From Candidatus Eiseniibacteriota bacterium (GTDB taxonomy: Bacteria > Eisenbacteria > RBG-16-71-46 > SZUA-252): 32,150 bases of DNA. The notes under the pieces were generated by a model that was given only the letters and a program-made list of their open reading frames with translations, did no database searches and was not told the origin of the DNA. Made by a program: the position numbers and the translations under genes. Position 1 is the first letter of the stretch, and the number at the start of each line of letters is the position of its first letter. Location: assembly GCA_031421415.1 (NCBI GenBank), contig JANOOP010000193.1, positions 1-32,150 of the forward strand. The letters are read 5' to 3'. This document shows, piece by piece, positions 1 to 8,648 of the stretch.

Positions 1-162
1 CGACGAACGCGGCGACAAGAAGGCGGAGAGATCGCGACGGGACGCGGTAGCAAAGATGCACGGCGAGGGCCTCGGGTGCCTTAGGTGCGCGGACCAAAGT
101 TGAGCGAAAACAACTGCCTGAGTTTATCACACGTAGGCCCATTGGAGGCGGCCGAAACGAGT

Positions 163-1224
163 CTATAAGTCGTTGATAGCCTTGATGGTAATGGCGCGCA
201 CCGGAAGCCGCGAAAGCTCCGATCGCGCGCACCATCGTTCGCCCGCCCTCTCGTCGCGATCGATGCGGGCCCCCGCTTCCCAGACTTCGACCGTGTAGTC
301 GTGGGAATACGTGCGGTGGCGAATCGTGCGGGCTGGGCCGCGTGGCGGCGTCTCGGCTCCATGAGCGCGGGCCAGCGCGCGCGCGACACGGATCGAGTCG
401 CACGCGCGGCGGACCGGCGCGCTGGGAGGGGCGAGCGTGGCGCCGTCGTCGACGGGATCGGGAATCAGGAGGACGCGGGCGCCCCGGCGGAGTAGGAGGA
501 GCACCCGCCGTTCGCGCTTCACGGCTCCAGAAGCCGCCGACTCGGGGTAGCGATCGGGCCGCCCGCTCGCCGCGGCGCGGCACCAGCGCGAGACGGGGCA
601 TCGCTCGCAGAGCGGCGCGCGCGGGAGGCAGCGCGTTGCGCCGAGTTCCATGAGCGCCTGCGTCCAGTCGCCGGGGCTCGGGCCTGGCGCGAAGCCATCG
701 GCCCGCTCCGCCACCGCGTGCTTGAGTCGCGCGTCGTCGCGACGCCCCTTCCGGCCGTCCCATCGCGCGATCACACGAATGACGTTTCCATCGACGGCGG
801 CTGCGGGAAGATCGAACGCGATGCTCGCGATGGCGGCCGCGGTGTACGCGCCGACGCCCGGAAGCGTGCGAAGCCCGTCGAGCGTGCGCGGCAACTCGCC
901 TCCGCCGTCGCGAACGACGATCGCCGCGCCGGCGTGGAGATTTCGCGCGCGCCGGTAGTAGCCGAGGCCCGACCACGCCGCCAGGACGTCCGCCTCCCGG
1001 GCGAGCGCCAGCGTGGCCGCCGAGGGAAACCGCTCGAGAAAGCGGTGGTAGTAGGGGATCACGGTCTCCACCCGCGTCTGCTGCAGCATGATCTCGCTCA
1101 CCCAGATCGCGTAGGGATCGCGCGTGCGGCGCCAGGGGAGGTCGCGGCGGTGCTTCCGGTACCAGCGAAGGAGCGCGGAGCGCCGCGCCGTGTCGTCGGG
1201 ACTCCTCGCGGGGGGACTCCGCAT
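163..1224 (-). CDS. mutY: A/G-specific adenine DNA glycosylase (MutY family), 353 aa
   Basis: C-terminal 353 aa of ORF 163..1773. HhH-GPD core (WVSEIMLQQTRV, LPGVGAYTAAAIASIAF), 4Fe-4S loop CLPRAPLCERCPVSRWC (C-x6-C-x2-C-x5-C) and a NUDIX-like C-terminal domain. Start placed at ATG 1222-1224 with GGAG 7 nt upstream. ORF residues further upstream are Arg/Pro-rich and overlap hpnE. In-frame GTGs at 1239 and 1254 are alternative starts. Confidence 0.88.
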   Translation of the reverse strand: MRSPPARSPDDTARRSALLRWYRKHRRDLPWRRTRDPYAIWVSEIMLQQTRVETVIPYYHRFLERFPSAATLALAREADVLAAWSGLGYYRRARNLHAGAAIVVRDGGGELPRTLDGLRTLPGVGAYTAAAIASIAFDLPAAAVDGNVIRVIARWDGRKGRRDDARLKHAVAERADGFAPGPSPGDWTQALMELGATRCLPRAPLCERCPVSRWCRAAASGRPDRYPESAASGAVKRERRVLLLLRRGARVLLIPDPVDDGATLAPPSAPVRRACDSIRVARALARAHGAETPPRGPARTIRHRTYSHDYTVEVWEAGARIDRDERAGERWCARSELSRLPVRAITIKAINDL

Positions 1225-1272
1225 GGGGGCGCTCCGCACGGCGGGACTCAGCACGGGGGAACTCCGGGTGCG
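1198..1272. repeat. Five tandem imperfect copies of a 15-nt unit (plus-strand consensus GGGACTCCGCACGGG) spanning the mutY start
   Basis: Read directly: 1198-1212 gggactcctcgcggg, 1213-1227 gggactccgcatggg, 1228-1242 ggcgctccgcacggc, 1243-1257 gggactcagcacggg, 1258-1272 ggaactccgggtgcg. On the minus strand, units carry a GGAG-like motif and an in-frame ATG or GTG. Confidence 0.8.
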
Positions 1273-1280
1273 ACGGGCCG

Positions 1281-2603
1281 TCACGCGATGAGCGCGGCGG
1301 CGCGGTGTCCGCTCTGCACCGCGCTTTCGATCGTGGCCGGGAGCCCGGTGTCGGTCCAGTCGCCCGCCAGGAAGAGGCCGGGCACGGCGGTGGCGGAGCC
1401 GGGGCGAAGCGGCTGGACCGTCGGAGTCGAACGAATCGTGCCGCGGCGCTCCTTGAAGACGCGAGCGTTCAGGACGCGGGCGTCGCGCGCGGCGGGGAAC
1501 GCCTCGCGGAGATCGGCCGTCGTCTCCGCGGCGATCGTTCCCGCGTCGCGGGTGGCGTCGCCGAAGGCCGCGCTCCGGATCGTTCCGACCTGATGGCGGT
1601 CGACTGCGCGCGATCCGCGGTCGAACGCCCACTGCGTCGCCGTTCCGATCATGCCGATGAAACGCGCCGGCAGGACAGGACGGTCGAAGGTGTGCACGGA
1701 GGAGACGATCGGCGACCACGGAGTCGCGACCAGCTCGCGATAGGGAACGAGCAACTCGGGGCGGAGCATCCAACCGAGCCGCTCGTGCGTCACCGCGAGG
1801 ATCACCGCGCCGGCTTCCAGCCGCTCGCCTCCCAGGAGAGAGACGCCGGCCGCGCGCCCGTTCTCGATGCGGACCCCCAGCGCGGTCGTGCGGAAGCGGA
1901 TGGAACTCCCTCGGCTCTCGAGATAGCGCTCGAATCCGGTGAAGAGCTCGCCCAAGCCGCGGCGCGCCAGGGCCAGCCCGCTCCTCTGCGCCGGCGCCGA
2001 GAGAAGCCGGTCGAGGACGCGGGCGAAGAGAAGCGCCGAGCCGTCTTTCGTCTCCTCGTTGAGTGCCGCGACCGCGAGCGGCCGAAGTACCGCAGCCAGA
2101 TCCTCAGCGCCGCCCGCACCATCCGCCGCCAGAAGCCAGCGCTCCACGGTGAGCGGAGCGGCCGCCGCGGGCTCCGCCAGGAGCGCCTTCACCTTCGGAT
2201 GGAGCGTCAGCGCCGCCATTCGTCCCGAGGCGGAGAGCCGCGAGCAGCCTCCGACAGCTGCCAGCCAGTGAAAGGGGGCGGGGAGGTTCGGCGCGTTCAG
2301 TTCGTATTCGCCGTGCCCGCGCTCCCAGAATTTCAGGTGAAGCGTGGAATCGGCATGGAGCGCCTCGCGCGTGCCGAGGCGATCGAGGAGCCGGAGGGTG
2401 TCCTCGTAGAAGGAGCCGAGAACGTGCTGTCCGTTGTCGAGCACCTCTCCCGTTCGGGGATCGGTCCAGGAGGCGGCGCGTCCGCCGACGCGCTGGCGCG
2501 TCTCCAGGACCAGCACCGAGACGCCTCGTTCCGCCAGGGCCGACGCCGCCGCGACGCCGGCGAAACCGGCGCCGACCACGATCACGTCGGGGCGAGCGCT
2601 CAT
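1281..2603 (-). CDS. hpnE: Hydroxysqualene dehydroxylase (squalene-associated FAD-dependent desaturase, HpnE-like), 440 aa
   Basis: N-terminal FAD dinucleotide-binding fold (VIVVGAGFAGVAAASALAERGVSVLVLETRQRVGGR) and an amine-oxidase/phytoene-desaturase-like body. Lies directly downstream of two tandem squalene/phytoene-synthase paralogs, which is the hpnC-hpnD-hpnE order. Confidence 0.8.
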   Translation of the reverse strand: MSARPDVIVVGAGFAGVAAASALAERGVSVLVLETRQRVGGRAASWTDPRTGEVLDNGQHVLGSFYEDTLRLLDRLGTREALHADSTLHLKFWERGHGEYELNAPNLPAPFHWLAAVGGCSRLSASGRMAALTLHPKVKALLAEPAAAAPLTVERWLLAADGAGGAEDLAAVLRPLAVAALNEETKDGSALLFARVLDRLLSAPAQRSGLALARRGLGELFTGFERYLESRGSSIRFRTTALGVRIENGRAAGVSLLGGERLEAGAVILAVTHERLGWMLRPELLVPYRELVATPWSPIVSSVHTFDRPVLPARFIGMIGTATQWAFDRGSRAVDRHQVGTIRSAAFGDATRDAGTIAAETTADLREAFPAARDARVLNARVFKERRGTIRSTPTVQPLRPGSATAVPGLFLAGDWTDTGLPATIESAVQSGHRAAALIA

Positions 2604-2619
2604 GGCGTCGATCGTCTCT

Positions 2620-3534
2620 TCACCGGCTGAACTGCGCCGCGACGGCCGTCGTGGCCGCGATCCAGACGCGCTCGATCCGCGGCACGCGGACTTCGCGACC
2701 GAAGACGTCGAAGTCGGAAGCCTCGATCTTGTCGAGGAGGCGGCGGTAGACGCGCCCCATGATCTCGGCCGCGAGATAGCGGCGGCGGTCGAGGGAGCGC
2801 CCCTCAGCCTCCGCAGCCTCGAAGTAACCGCGCGCGCGGTCGGCCTGATGGCGCATCAGCCGGCGGAACGCATCGCTCCGTTCCCCGCGCGCCAGCGACT
2901 CCTCGGTGTAGCCGAAGCGCGTGAGTTCCTCGCCGGGGATGTAGATGCGGCCGCGGGCGTGGTCGCCCCCCACGTCGCGGAGGATGTTCGTGAGCTGAAG
3001 GGCCAGCCCCAGCGATTCCGCGTATTTCCGGCCCCGCTCGTTGTGGTCCCCGAAAATGCGGAGGCAGATGAGGCCGACGACCGACGCGACGCGATAGCAG
3101 TAGCGCTCGAGTTCGGCGAAGGTCTCGTAGCGAACGCGCGTGAGGTCCATCTCGACGCCCGAGACCAGCTCCTCGAAGTAGCGCCGCGGGATCTCGAAGC
3201 GATGAACGTGGGACGCGAGCGCACCGGTCGCCGGCTCGGACGGCGTGCGCTCGTACAGCGCCGCCAGTTCCTCGCGCCAGCGCGCCAGGCGCGCCTCGGC
3301 GCGAAGCCGGTCCGGCTCCTCGTCAACCGAGTCGTCCACCGCCCGGCTCCAGGCGTGAACGGCGCGGATGGCGTGGCGCTGGTCGCTCGGAAGAAGGGCG
3401 AAGGCGACCCCGAAATTGGAGCGGCGGCGCGGCGATGGGGACGGCGGCGTGACGACGCCCGGCTCCCGGCCCGGCGTCTTCGGTGCACCCGCGGCGGACG
3501 GCGGATCGAGTCGCGGCGCGGCGGCCTGACTCAT
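2620..3534 (-). CDS. hpnD: Presqualene diphosphate synthase (HpnD-like, squalene/phytoene synthase family), 304 aa
   Basis: Start at ATG 3532-3534, which overlaps the hpnC stop (ATGA). Asp-rich motifs AVDDSVDEE and NILRDVGGD. The 118 codons upstream in ORF 2620..3888 are a shadow of hpnC. Confidence 0.8.
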   Translation of the reverse strand: MSQAAAPRLDPPSAAGAPKTPGREPGVVTPPSPSPRRRSNFGVAFALLPSDQRHAIRAVHAWSRAVDDSVDEEPDRLRAEARLARWREELAALYERTPSEPATGALASHVHRFEIPRRYFEELVSGVEMDLTRVRYETFAELERYCYRVASVVGLICLRIFGDHNERGRKYAESLGLALQLTNILRDVGGDHARGRIYIPGEELTRFGYTEESLARGERSDAFRRLMRHQADRARGYFEAAEAEGRSLDRRRYLAAEIMGRVYRRLLDKIEASDFDVFGREVRVPRIERVWIAATTAVAAQFSR

Positions 3535-4430
3535 CGATCGAATCCCAGGAGTGCCTTGGCCAGAACACGAGCGCGCATCCAGCCGCTCAGCGTCGGGCGG
3601 TTCTTGATGACGCGCCAACCGCGTTGCGCCACGGTGCGCAGGATGGCGCGCCCTCCGATGACCGTGGCGCGGAGCTGGATCGCGAGCGGCGCGGGCACGA
3701 AGCGCGTCACCGGCCGCCCGTGCTCGTAGAGCTCGTCGGTGCCGGCGCATTCGTGGAGGAGGAGCCGGGTGAGGTGCGTTCGCTGGGCGGGGCGCGTCAT
3801 CGATTCGCGATCGAGGCCGAAGCGGCGGAGATCCTCCAGCGGCACGAAGAGCCGCCCCCGTTCGAGATCGCGCCCTAGGTCCTGCCACATGTTCGTCAGC
3901 TGAAGCGCGGTGCAGAGCGCGTCGGAAGCGCGAACGGCGTCGAGATCGTCGACGTCATGAAGCGCGAGCATGATGCGGCCGATCGTGTTCGCCGAACCGC
4001 GGCAGTAGCGGAGCAGGTCGTCCCACGTGGCGTACGTGGCGTTGCGCGCGTCGTCGCGGAACGCGGCCAGGATATCGAGGAACGGTTCGGCGGGGAGCGT
4101 GAAACGGTCGACCGCGTCGGCCAGCGCGGTCGGCACGGGGCCCCGCGGATTCCCCTCCAGCGCCTGGAGGAGCGCCCCCTCGATCCGATCGAGCGCGGCC
4201 AGCCGCTCCGCGGTGGGCGCGTCGGCATCGGCCACGTCGTCCGCCGTGCGCGCGAACGCGTAGACCGCGTAGAGGGCGAGCCGGCGCTCCGGCGCGAGAA
4301 AGCGCGAGGCCACGGGGAAGTTCTCCTCGTTCGCGCGAACGATCGCCTCGCAATAGGCATAGGCGTCGTGAAGGGGTACGGGCTCCGTGTCGAGCTCGGC
4401 GTGATCGGCGATCGGGGTGGGGACGGACAT
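3531..4430 (-). CDS. hpnC: Hydroxysqualene synthase (HpnC-like, squalene/phytoene synthase family), 299 aa
   Basis: Squalene/phytoene synthase motifs FARTADDVAD and NMWQDLGRDLERGRLFVP. First gene of the hpnCDE set. Confidence 0.8.
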   Translation of the reverse strand: MSVPTPIADHAELDTEPVPLHDAYAYCEAIVRANEENFPVASRFLAPERRLALYAVYAFARTADDVADADAPTAERLAALDRIEGALLQALEGNPRGPVPTALADAVDRFTLPAEPFLDILAAFRDDARNATYATWDDLLRYCRGSANTIGRIMLALHDVDDLDAVRASDALCTALQLTNMWQDLGRDLERGRLFVPLEDLRRFGLDRESMTRPAQRTHLTRLLLHECAGTDELYEHGRPVTRFVPAPLAIQLRATVIGGRAILRTVAQRGWRVIKNRPTLSGWMRARVLAKALLGFDR

Positions 4431-4507
4431 GGCTCTCCTCGAGCGTGCGCCGTTCGCGGCGCGTGCGTACGGCGGAGTACATCACGGGGGAAACGAAGCG
4501 TCAAGGC

Positions 4508-4546
4508 GGGCCGCCGCGCGTGGCCGCCGCGCGGGCCGCCGCGCGC
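4508..4546. repeat. Three tandem copies of a 13-nt GC-only unit (KGGCCGCCGCGCG) in the hpnC / beta-barrel divergent intergenic region
   Basis: Read directly: gggccgccgcgcg / tggccgccgcgcg / ggccgccgcgcgc. Confidence 0.75.
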
Positions 4547-4646
4547 TTCCCGTCGTCGCCGGTCGATGGTAGAGTGCGGCCCGGACGTCATCTCGAACGG
4601 GCGGGCAGCAGGGATGCCCCCCGCGCTAGTACCGAAGGAGGACACG

Positions 4647-5273
4647 ATGCGCCGATCGATCTACATGCTGCTCGCGGCGGGGCTGGTCGCCGCCACGATG
4701 GTCCCCGACGTGTTCGCGGCATCCGCCGAGCGTCCTGCCCGGCGAGCCCCGCGCTCCGAGGGACATGGGGCCCAAGGCCAGACAATTCTCCGCCTCCACG
4801 GTGGCTTCTCCAGTCCCACGGGCGATTTCGGAGACGTGTTCGACGGCGGATTGGGATTCGGCGCCAACATCGCGCACGGGATCAGTCGCTCGGTCCTCTT
4901 CTCGGCGGGGGTCGCTTACCACGGCTTCGACGGCGACGGGTTCGCCGGAGACGCCACCGTGATTCCCTTTACGTTCAACCTCGACGCGTTCCTTCCGAGT
5001 AGCGGGCGGGTCCATCCGTGGTTCGGCGGGGGAGTGGGGCTCTACAACGTGGACTTCGACACGGGCCCGATCTTCGTCCCGTTCGTCGGCGTCATCTCGG
5101 GAAGCGTGAGCGAGACGAACTTCGGAATCAACCTGGGCGCGGGGTTCGGGGCTCCGGCGGGCGACAGCGGCGTCTGGGGGGCGGGGCTCAAGTATCACCA
5201 CATCTTCGAGGGCGACACGTTCACCGATCTCGACTTCGTGACGCTTCAGGTGGGGTACGGCTTCTACCTGTAA
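4647..5273 (+). CDS. Small outer-membrane beta-barrel protein (OmpW/OmpA-barrel-like), 208 aa
   Basis: ATG 4647 preceded by GAAGGAGG. Signal peptide MRRSIYMLLAAGLVAATMVPDVFAAS. Gly/aromatic-rich alternating strands (GFGANIAHG, WFGGGVGLYNVDF, NFGINLGAGFG) and a C-terminal QVGYGFYL. The upstream part of ORF 3957..5273 is a shadow of hpnC. Confidence 0.7.
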   Translation: MRRSIYMLLAAGLVAATMVPDVFAASAERPARRAPRSEGHGAQGQTILRLHGGFSSPTGDFGDVFDGGLGFGANIAHGISRSVLFSAGVAYHGFDGDGFAGDATVIPFTFNLDAFLPSSGRVHPWFGGGVGLYNVDFDTGPIFVPFVGVISGSVSETNFGINLGAGFGAPAGDSGVWGAGLKYHHIFEGDTFTDLDFVTLQVGYGFYL

Positions 5274-5308
5274 TCGCCGGCGCCGCGCCAATCGCCGCGC
5301 GTGCCAGC

Positions 5309-6412
5309 CTAGTTCACCCGCCGCCGGCGGTTCCGGCTGTAGTCGACGAAGAGGTAGGAGCCGAGCGATTCAAGGTCGGAGTAGTAGGCGCGGCCCTTGT
5401 TGAGCTGCGTGAAGCGTTCGACGAAGCGAACGAGATAGGGATCCTGCGTCACCATGAAGGTGGTGACGGGGATCCTCTTCCGGCGGCACTGCACGGCCTC
5501 GTCCAAGGTCTTGTTCACGATCTTGGGATCGAGGCCGAACGCGTTCTTGTAGAGACGTCCGTTCTCGTGAATGGCCGACGGCTTCCCGTCGGTGATCATG
5601 AAGATCTGCTTGTTCACGTGTTTCTGGCGCGCCAGGATCTTCTGCGCCAGCTGCAGTCCCGCCTTCGTGTTCGTGTGGTACGGCCCCACCGAGACGTAGG
5701 GGATGTCCCGCACCTTCACCTCCCACGCGTCGTCCCCGAAGAGCACGACCGAAATCGAATCCTTGGGATAGCGCGTCATGATCAGCTCGGAGAGGGCAAG
5801 CGCCGCCTGCTTGGCCGGCGTGATCCGGTCCTCGCCGTAGAGAATCATCGAATGGCTCACGTCGATCAGGACGACCGTCGCGCACGAGGAGAGGTGCTCG
5901 GTCTCGAAGACTTCCAGGTCGTCCTCGTGAAGCGACGCCCCTTCCTCGCCCCAGGCGCCGCGGGTCCGCCGCATGGAGTTCCGCACGCTGGAGAGGAAGT
6001 CGATGTCGGAGACCGAGTCGCCGAACGCGTAGGGCCGCGTCTCCGTGGTCCGGTCGCCCCCCGAGCCGGTCCGCGGGACGCGGTGCTCGCCGGAGGAATC
6101 GCGGGCCAGATTCGAGAAGATCCGGTCGAGAGCGTCCTTCCGGATCATCTTCTCGCCCTTGCCGGTGAGGACGTTTTTCCCGTTCACTTCCTTGATGGCA
6201 TCCTGATCGTGCAGCTGCTTCTTGAAGTCCTCCAGCGTGAACTTCTCGTTGAAGAAGCCGAAGCGCTCGCCCAAATCCGCCATGGCGCGAAACGCCTCGT
6301 CCACGTTGCCATCGGTCATGAGGAGGATGCGGTTATAGAGGGAGAGGAGATTACGCAGGAAATTCAAGTCCCGAAGAATCTTGTCGTCCCACTGGGAATA
6401 GCGGAAATCCAT
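5309..6412 (-). CDS. VWA domain protein (CoxE-like VWA), 367 aa
   Basis: MIDAS motif [10 protein letters not shown] with later FMITDGKPS. Sits 38 nt downstream of the AAA+ ATPase on the same strand. Confidence 0.8.
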   Translation of the reverse strand: MDFRYSQWDDKILRDLNFLRNLLSLYNRILLMTDGNVDEAFRAMADLGERFGFFNEKFTLEDFKKQLHDQDAIKEVNGKNVLTGKGEKMIRKDALDRIFSNLARDSSGEHRVPRTGSGGDRTTETRPYAFGDSVSDIDFLSSVRNSMRRTRGAWGEEGASLHEDDLEVFETEHLSSCATVVLIDVSHSMILYGEDRITPAKQAALALSELIMTRYPKDSISVVLFGDDAWEVKVRDIPYVSVGPYHTNTKAGLQLAQKILARQKHVNKQIFMITDGKPSAIHENGRLYKNAFGLDPKIVNKTLDEAVQCRRKRIPVTTFMVTQDPYLVRFVERFTQLNKGRAYYSDLESLGSYLFVDYSRNRRRRVN

Positions 6413-6450
6413 GGCGGGGTCGTCGCTCCGCGGCCGGGCGCCCGAAGGCC

Positions 6451-7959
6451 CTAGTCGTCGGCCTCCCCGGGCTTCCCGAGCATCGTGGAGAACATGTCGG
6501 TGTAGGCGAGCGCCGCCGTGTCGGTCCTCTCCTTGGCCAGGATCGAGCTCTGGTGGAGTGCCTCCAGCACGAACTCCATGGCGGTCGGAAGCTCCGCCGG
6601 GTCCTTCACCGGGAGGTAGCGCTTCGAGAGTTCCTCCAGCCCCGCGACCTGCGCGAGGTGCTTGTGGAATTCGCGCGTCGGGAGATCGTCCGAGATCTCA
6701 ACCTTCTTTCCCTGCGCGAACCACCGGAGGACAGGGTCGTACTCGGAGGCGGCCCCTTCGCCCTTCTCCTTCGCCTTGTAGGCGTCGGGGAAATACTTCA
6801 CGAAGAGTTCCTTTACGGCCTTTCCCACGAGATGCTTCGCCACCGCCACGGAGCCTTCCTGCTCGCCCTCGTAGACCAGTTCTACCTTGCCGGTGATGGA
6901 GGCGATTCCGTTCTGGAAGTCGCAGATGCGGACCGCGACACGCCGCTCGCGGTGGCGAATGGCCCGCCGCTCGGCGTTCGAAATCACGTTCTCCAAGAGT
7001 GAGATCGTCATGCGGACGCTGACGCCGCTCGATTGGTCGACGTACGACGACTTCCGGGCCTGCATCGCCACGACCTCCACCAGCTCGCGGATGTAAGGCG
7101 GCACGATGACTTCCAGGCCGCCGGGGCGCTTCACCCACGCTTCCTGCTCGGTCACCTGGATGGCGTCTTCGACCGTGAAGGGGTAGTGCGTCATGATCTG
7201 GGAGGCGATCCGGTCGCGAAGCGGCGTGATGATGTTGCCGCGGTTCGTGTAATCCTCCGGATTCGCCGAGAAGACGATCTGGATGTCGAGCGGGAGGCGG
7301 ATCGGGAATCCGCGGACCTGAATGTCCTTCTCCTCGAGAATGTTCAGGAGCCCCACCTGGATGCGCGGCTGGAGGTCGGGAAGCTCGTTGATGGCGAAGA
7401 TGCCGCGGTTGGTCCGCGGAATGATGCCGTAGTGCATGACGTCGGGATCGCTGTAGGAGAGCCGCATGTTCGCCGCCTTGATCGGGTCGATGTCGCCGAT
7501 CAGGTCGGCGATCGTCACGTCGGGCGTGGCCAGCTTCTCGCGATAGCGCTCGCCCCGGTGGATCCAGCGGATCGGCACCTCGTCGCCCGCCTCCTCCACG
7601 CGCCGCTTGCAGGCGGGGCAGATCGGCCGGAGCGGATCGTCGTTCAGTTCGCACCCCTCGATGGCCGGCATCCACTCGTCGAGGAAGCGCGAGAGGGCGC
7701 GCAGGAGCCGCGTCTTCGCCTGGCCCCGGAGCCCAAGCAGGATGAAGTCGTGGCCGCTCAGGATCGCGTTCTCGATCTGGGGGATGACCGTCCGGTCGTA
7801 GCCGATGATGCCGGGGAAAAGCGTCTCCCGCTTCTCCATGGCGGCGATGAGGTTGGCCCTCATCTCCTCCTTCACGGACCGTGGCTGGTAGTCGGTAACT
7901 CTAAGTTGTTTAATCGTTTGTGGGCGGTTCATGCGTCTCCGGTGGGTCGGGGTGGCCAT
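6451..7959 (-). CDS. ChlI/Mg-chelatase-like AAA+ ATPase, about 502 aa
   Basis: Walker A-like LLGLRGQAKTRLL and Walker B IFAINELPDL. ChlI-like arginine region (NIITPLRDRIA). Cys-containing insert CELNDDPLRPICPACKRR. Start at ATG 7957-7959 (MATPTHRRRMN) or ATG 7930-7932. The TTG extension to 8064 runs into an AT-rich promoter region. Confidence 0.8.
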   Translation of the reverse strand: MATPTHRRRMNRPQTIKQLRVTDYQPRSVKEEMRANLIAAMEKRETLFPGIIGYDRTVIPQIENAILSGHDFILLGLRGQAKTRLLRALSRFLDEWMPAIEGCELNDDPLRPICPACKRRVEEAGDEVPIRWIHRGERYREKLATPDVTIADLIGDIDPIKAANMRLSYSDPDVMHYGIIPRTNRGIFAINELPDLQPRIQVGLLNILEEKDIQVRGFPIRLPLDIQIVFSANPEDYTNRGNIITPLRDRIASQIMTHYPFTVEDAIQVTEQEAWVKRPGGLEVIVPPYIRELVEVVAMQARKSSYVDQSSGVSVRMTISLLENVISNAERRAIRHRERRVAVRICDFQNGIASITGKVELVYEGEQEGSVAVAKHLVGKAVKELFVKYFPDAYKAKEKGEGAASEYDPVLRWFAQGKKVEISDDLPTREFHKHLAQVAGLEELSKRYLPVKDPAELPTAMEFVLEALHQSSILAKERTDTAALAYTDMFSTMLGKPGEADD

Positions 7960-8051
7960 TTCCTTTCGAACACCGTCAGCGTACCCCTTTGATGCGGTGG
8001 GGGACAAGGCCGTACCGGGAAAGGGTGGATGGGTCGTATACAAAACAAATG

Positions 8052-8081
8052 TTGACTTTAGCAAGACAAATGCCGAATAAT
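8052..8081 (+). promoter_or_regulatory. Candidate sigma70-type promoter for the Lrp/AsnC gene inside an AT-rich island
   Basis: TTGACT (8052-8057), 18-nt spacer, AATAAT (8076-8081). The ATG is at 8090, so the transcript would be leaderless or nearly so. The surrounding 8036-8089 is strikingly AT-rich for this sequence. Confidence 0.4.
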
Positions 8082-8089
8082 ATTAGGCA

Positions 8090-8581
8090 ATGGCTACGAG
8101 AGAACGAATAAAAGTGGAGTCAGGGAACGGCCTCGACGTCATCGACCGGAAAATCCTGAGCCTGCTCCAAGACAACGCGAAGATGGCGCAGGCGGAGGTG
8201 GCGCGGAAGGTTGGACTCACCGCGCCCTCGGTGAACGAGCGGATCCGGAAGCTGGAGCGCGCGGGCTACATCCGAGCCTACGTCGCGATCTTGGACGAAC
8301 GGAAGCTCGGACACGACATCACCGCCTTCGTCGAGATCTTCGTGGAGCATCCGAAGTTCGAGAAGGCCTTCATCGGGGCGGCCAGCGCGCTCGACGAAGT
8401 CCTGGAATGCCATCACATCACGGGAGAGTTTTCGCTCCTTCTCAAGGTGCGCGTGCCGGACATGACGGCGTTTCGCCGCCTCCTGATCGAGAAGTTGAAC
8501 ACCCTGCGCGGCGTGCGGCAGACGCGCACGGTGATGGTCCTGGCGACCGCCAAGGAACAGCGCCGCCTGAAGCTCGATTGA
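8090..8581 (+). CDS. Lrp/AsnC family transcriptional regulator, 163 aa
   Basis: N-terminal HTH (LDVIDRKILSLLQDNAKMAQAEVARKVGLTAPSVNERIRKLERAGYI) and a C-terminal RAM/AsnC ligand domain (ITGEFSLLLKVRVPDM). Confidence 0.9.
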   Translation: MATRERIKVESGNGLDVIDRKILSLLQDNAKMAQAEVARKVGLTAPSVNERIRKLERAGYIRAYVAILDERKLGHDITAFVEIFVEHPKFEKAFIGAASALDEVLECHHITGEFSLLLKVRVPDMTAFRRLLIEKLNTLRGVRQTRTVMVLATAKEQRRLKLD

Positions 8582-8648
8582 TACCGGGGCCACGGCCCCT
8601 TCGTCGTCAACCCCCGCAACCCGTCCCGTATCAGAGAGGAGCGCGCCG

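Noticed and set aside
2-103. Open frame at the left edge ending in TGA 101-103 (…AVAKMHGEGLGCLRCADQS), possibly the 3' end of an upstream plus-strand gene
   Set aside because: Only 33 codons are visible. There is no recognisable motif, so I cannot support it as a feature.
718-3729. Plus-strand ORFs 718..1593, 1305..2630 and 2434..3729
   Set aside because: They lie antisense to mutY, hpnE and hpnD, all of which carry diagnostic motifs.
4508-4546. Possible CRISPR-like or minisatellite array
   Set aside because: It has three abutting 13-nt units with no spacers. It is far too short and GC-simple for CRISPR, so I reported it only as a tandem repeat.
5018-6454. 478-aa plus-strand ORF
   Set aside because: It lies antisense to the VWA gene, which has a clear MIDAS motif. 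It is a shadow ORF.
7960-8064. TTG-initiated 35-codon extension of the AAA+ ATPase ORF
   Set aside because: It would run through the AT-rich promoter island. In-frame ATGs at 7959 and 7932 with SD-like motifs are more plausible.
8586-8600. Short palindrome GGGGCC-AC-GGCCCC after the Lrp gene as a possible terminator
   Set aside because: The stem is too short with a 2-nt loop, and there is no T tract. It is more likely read-through into lat.
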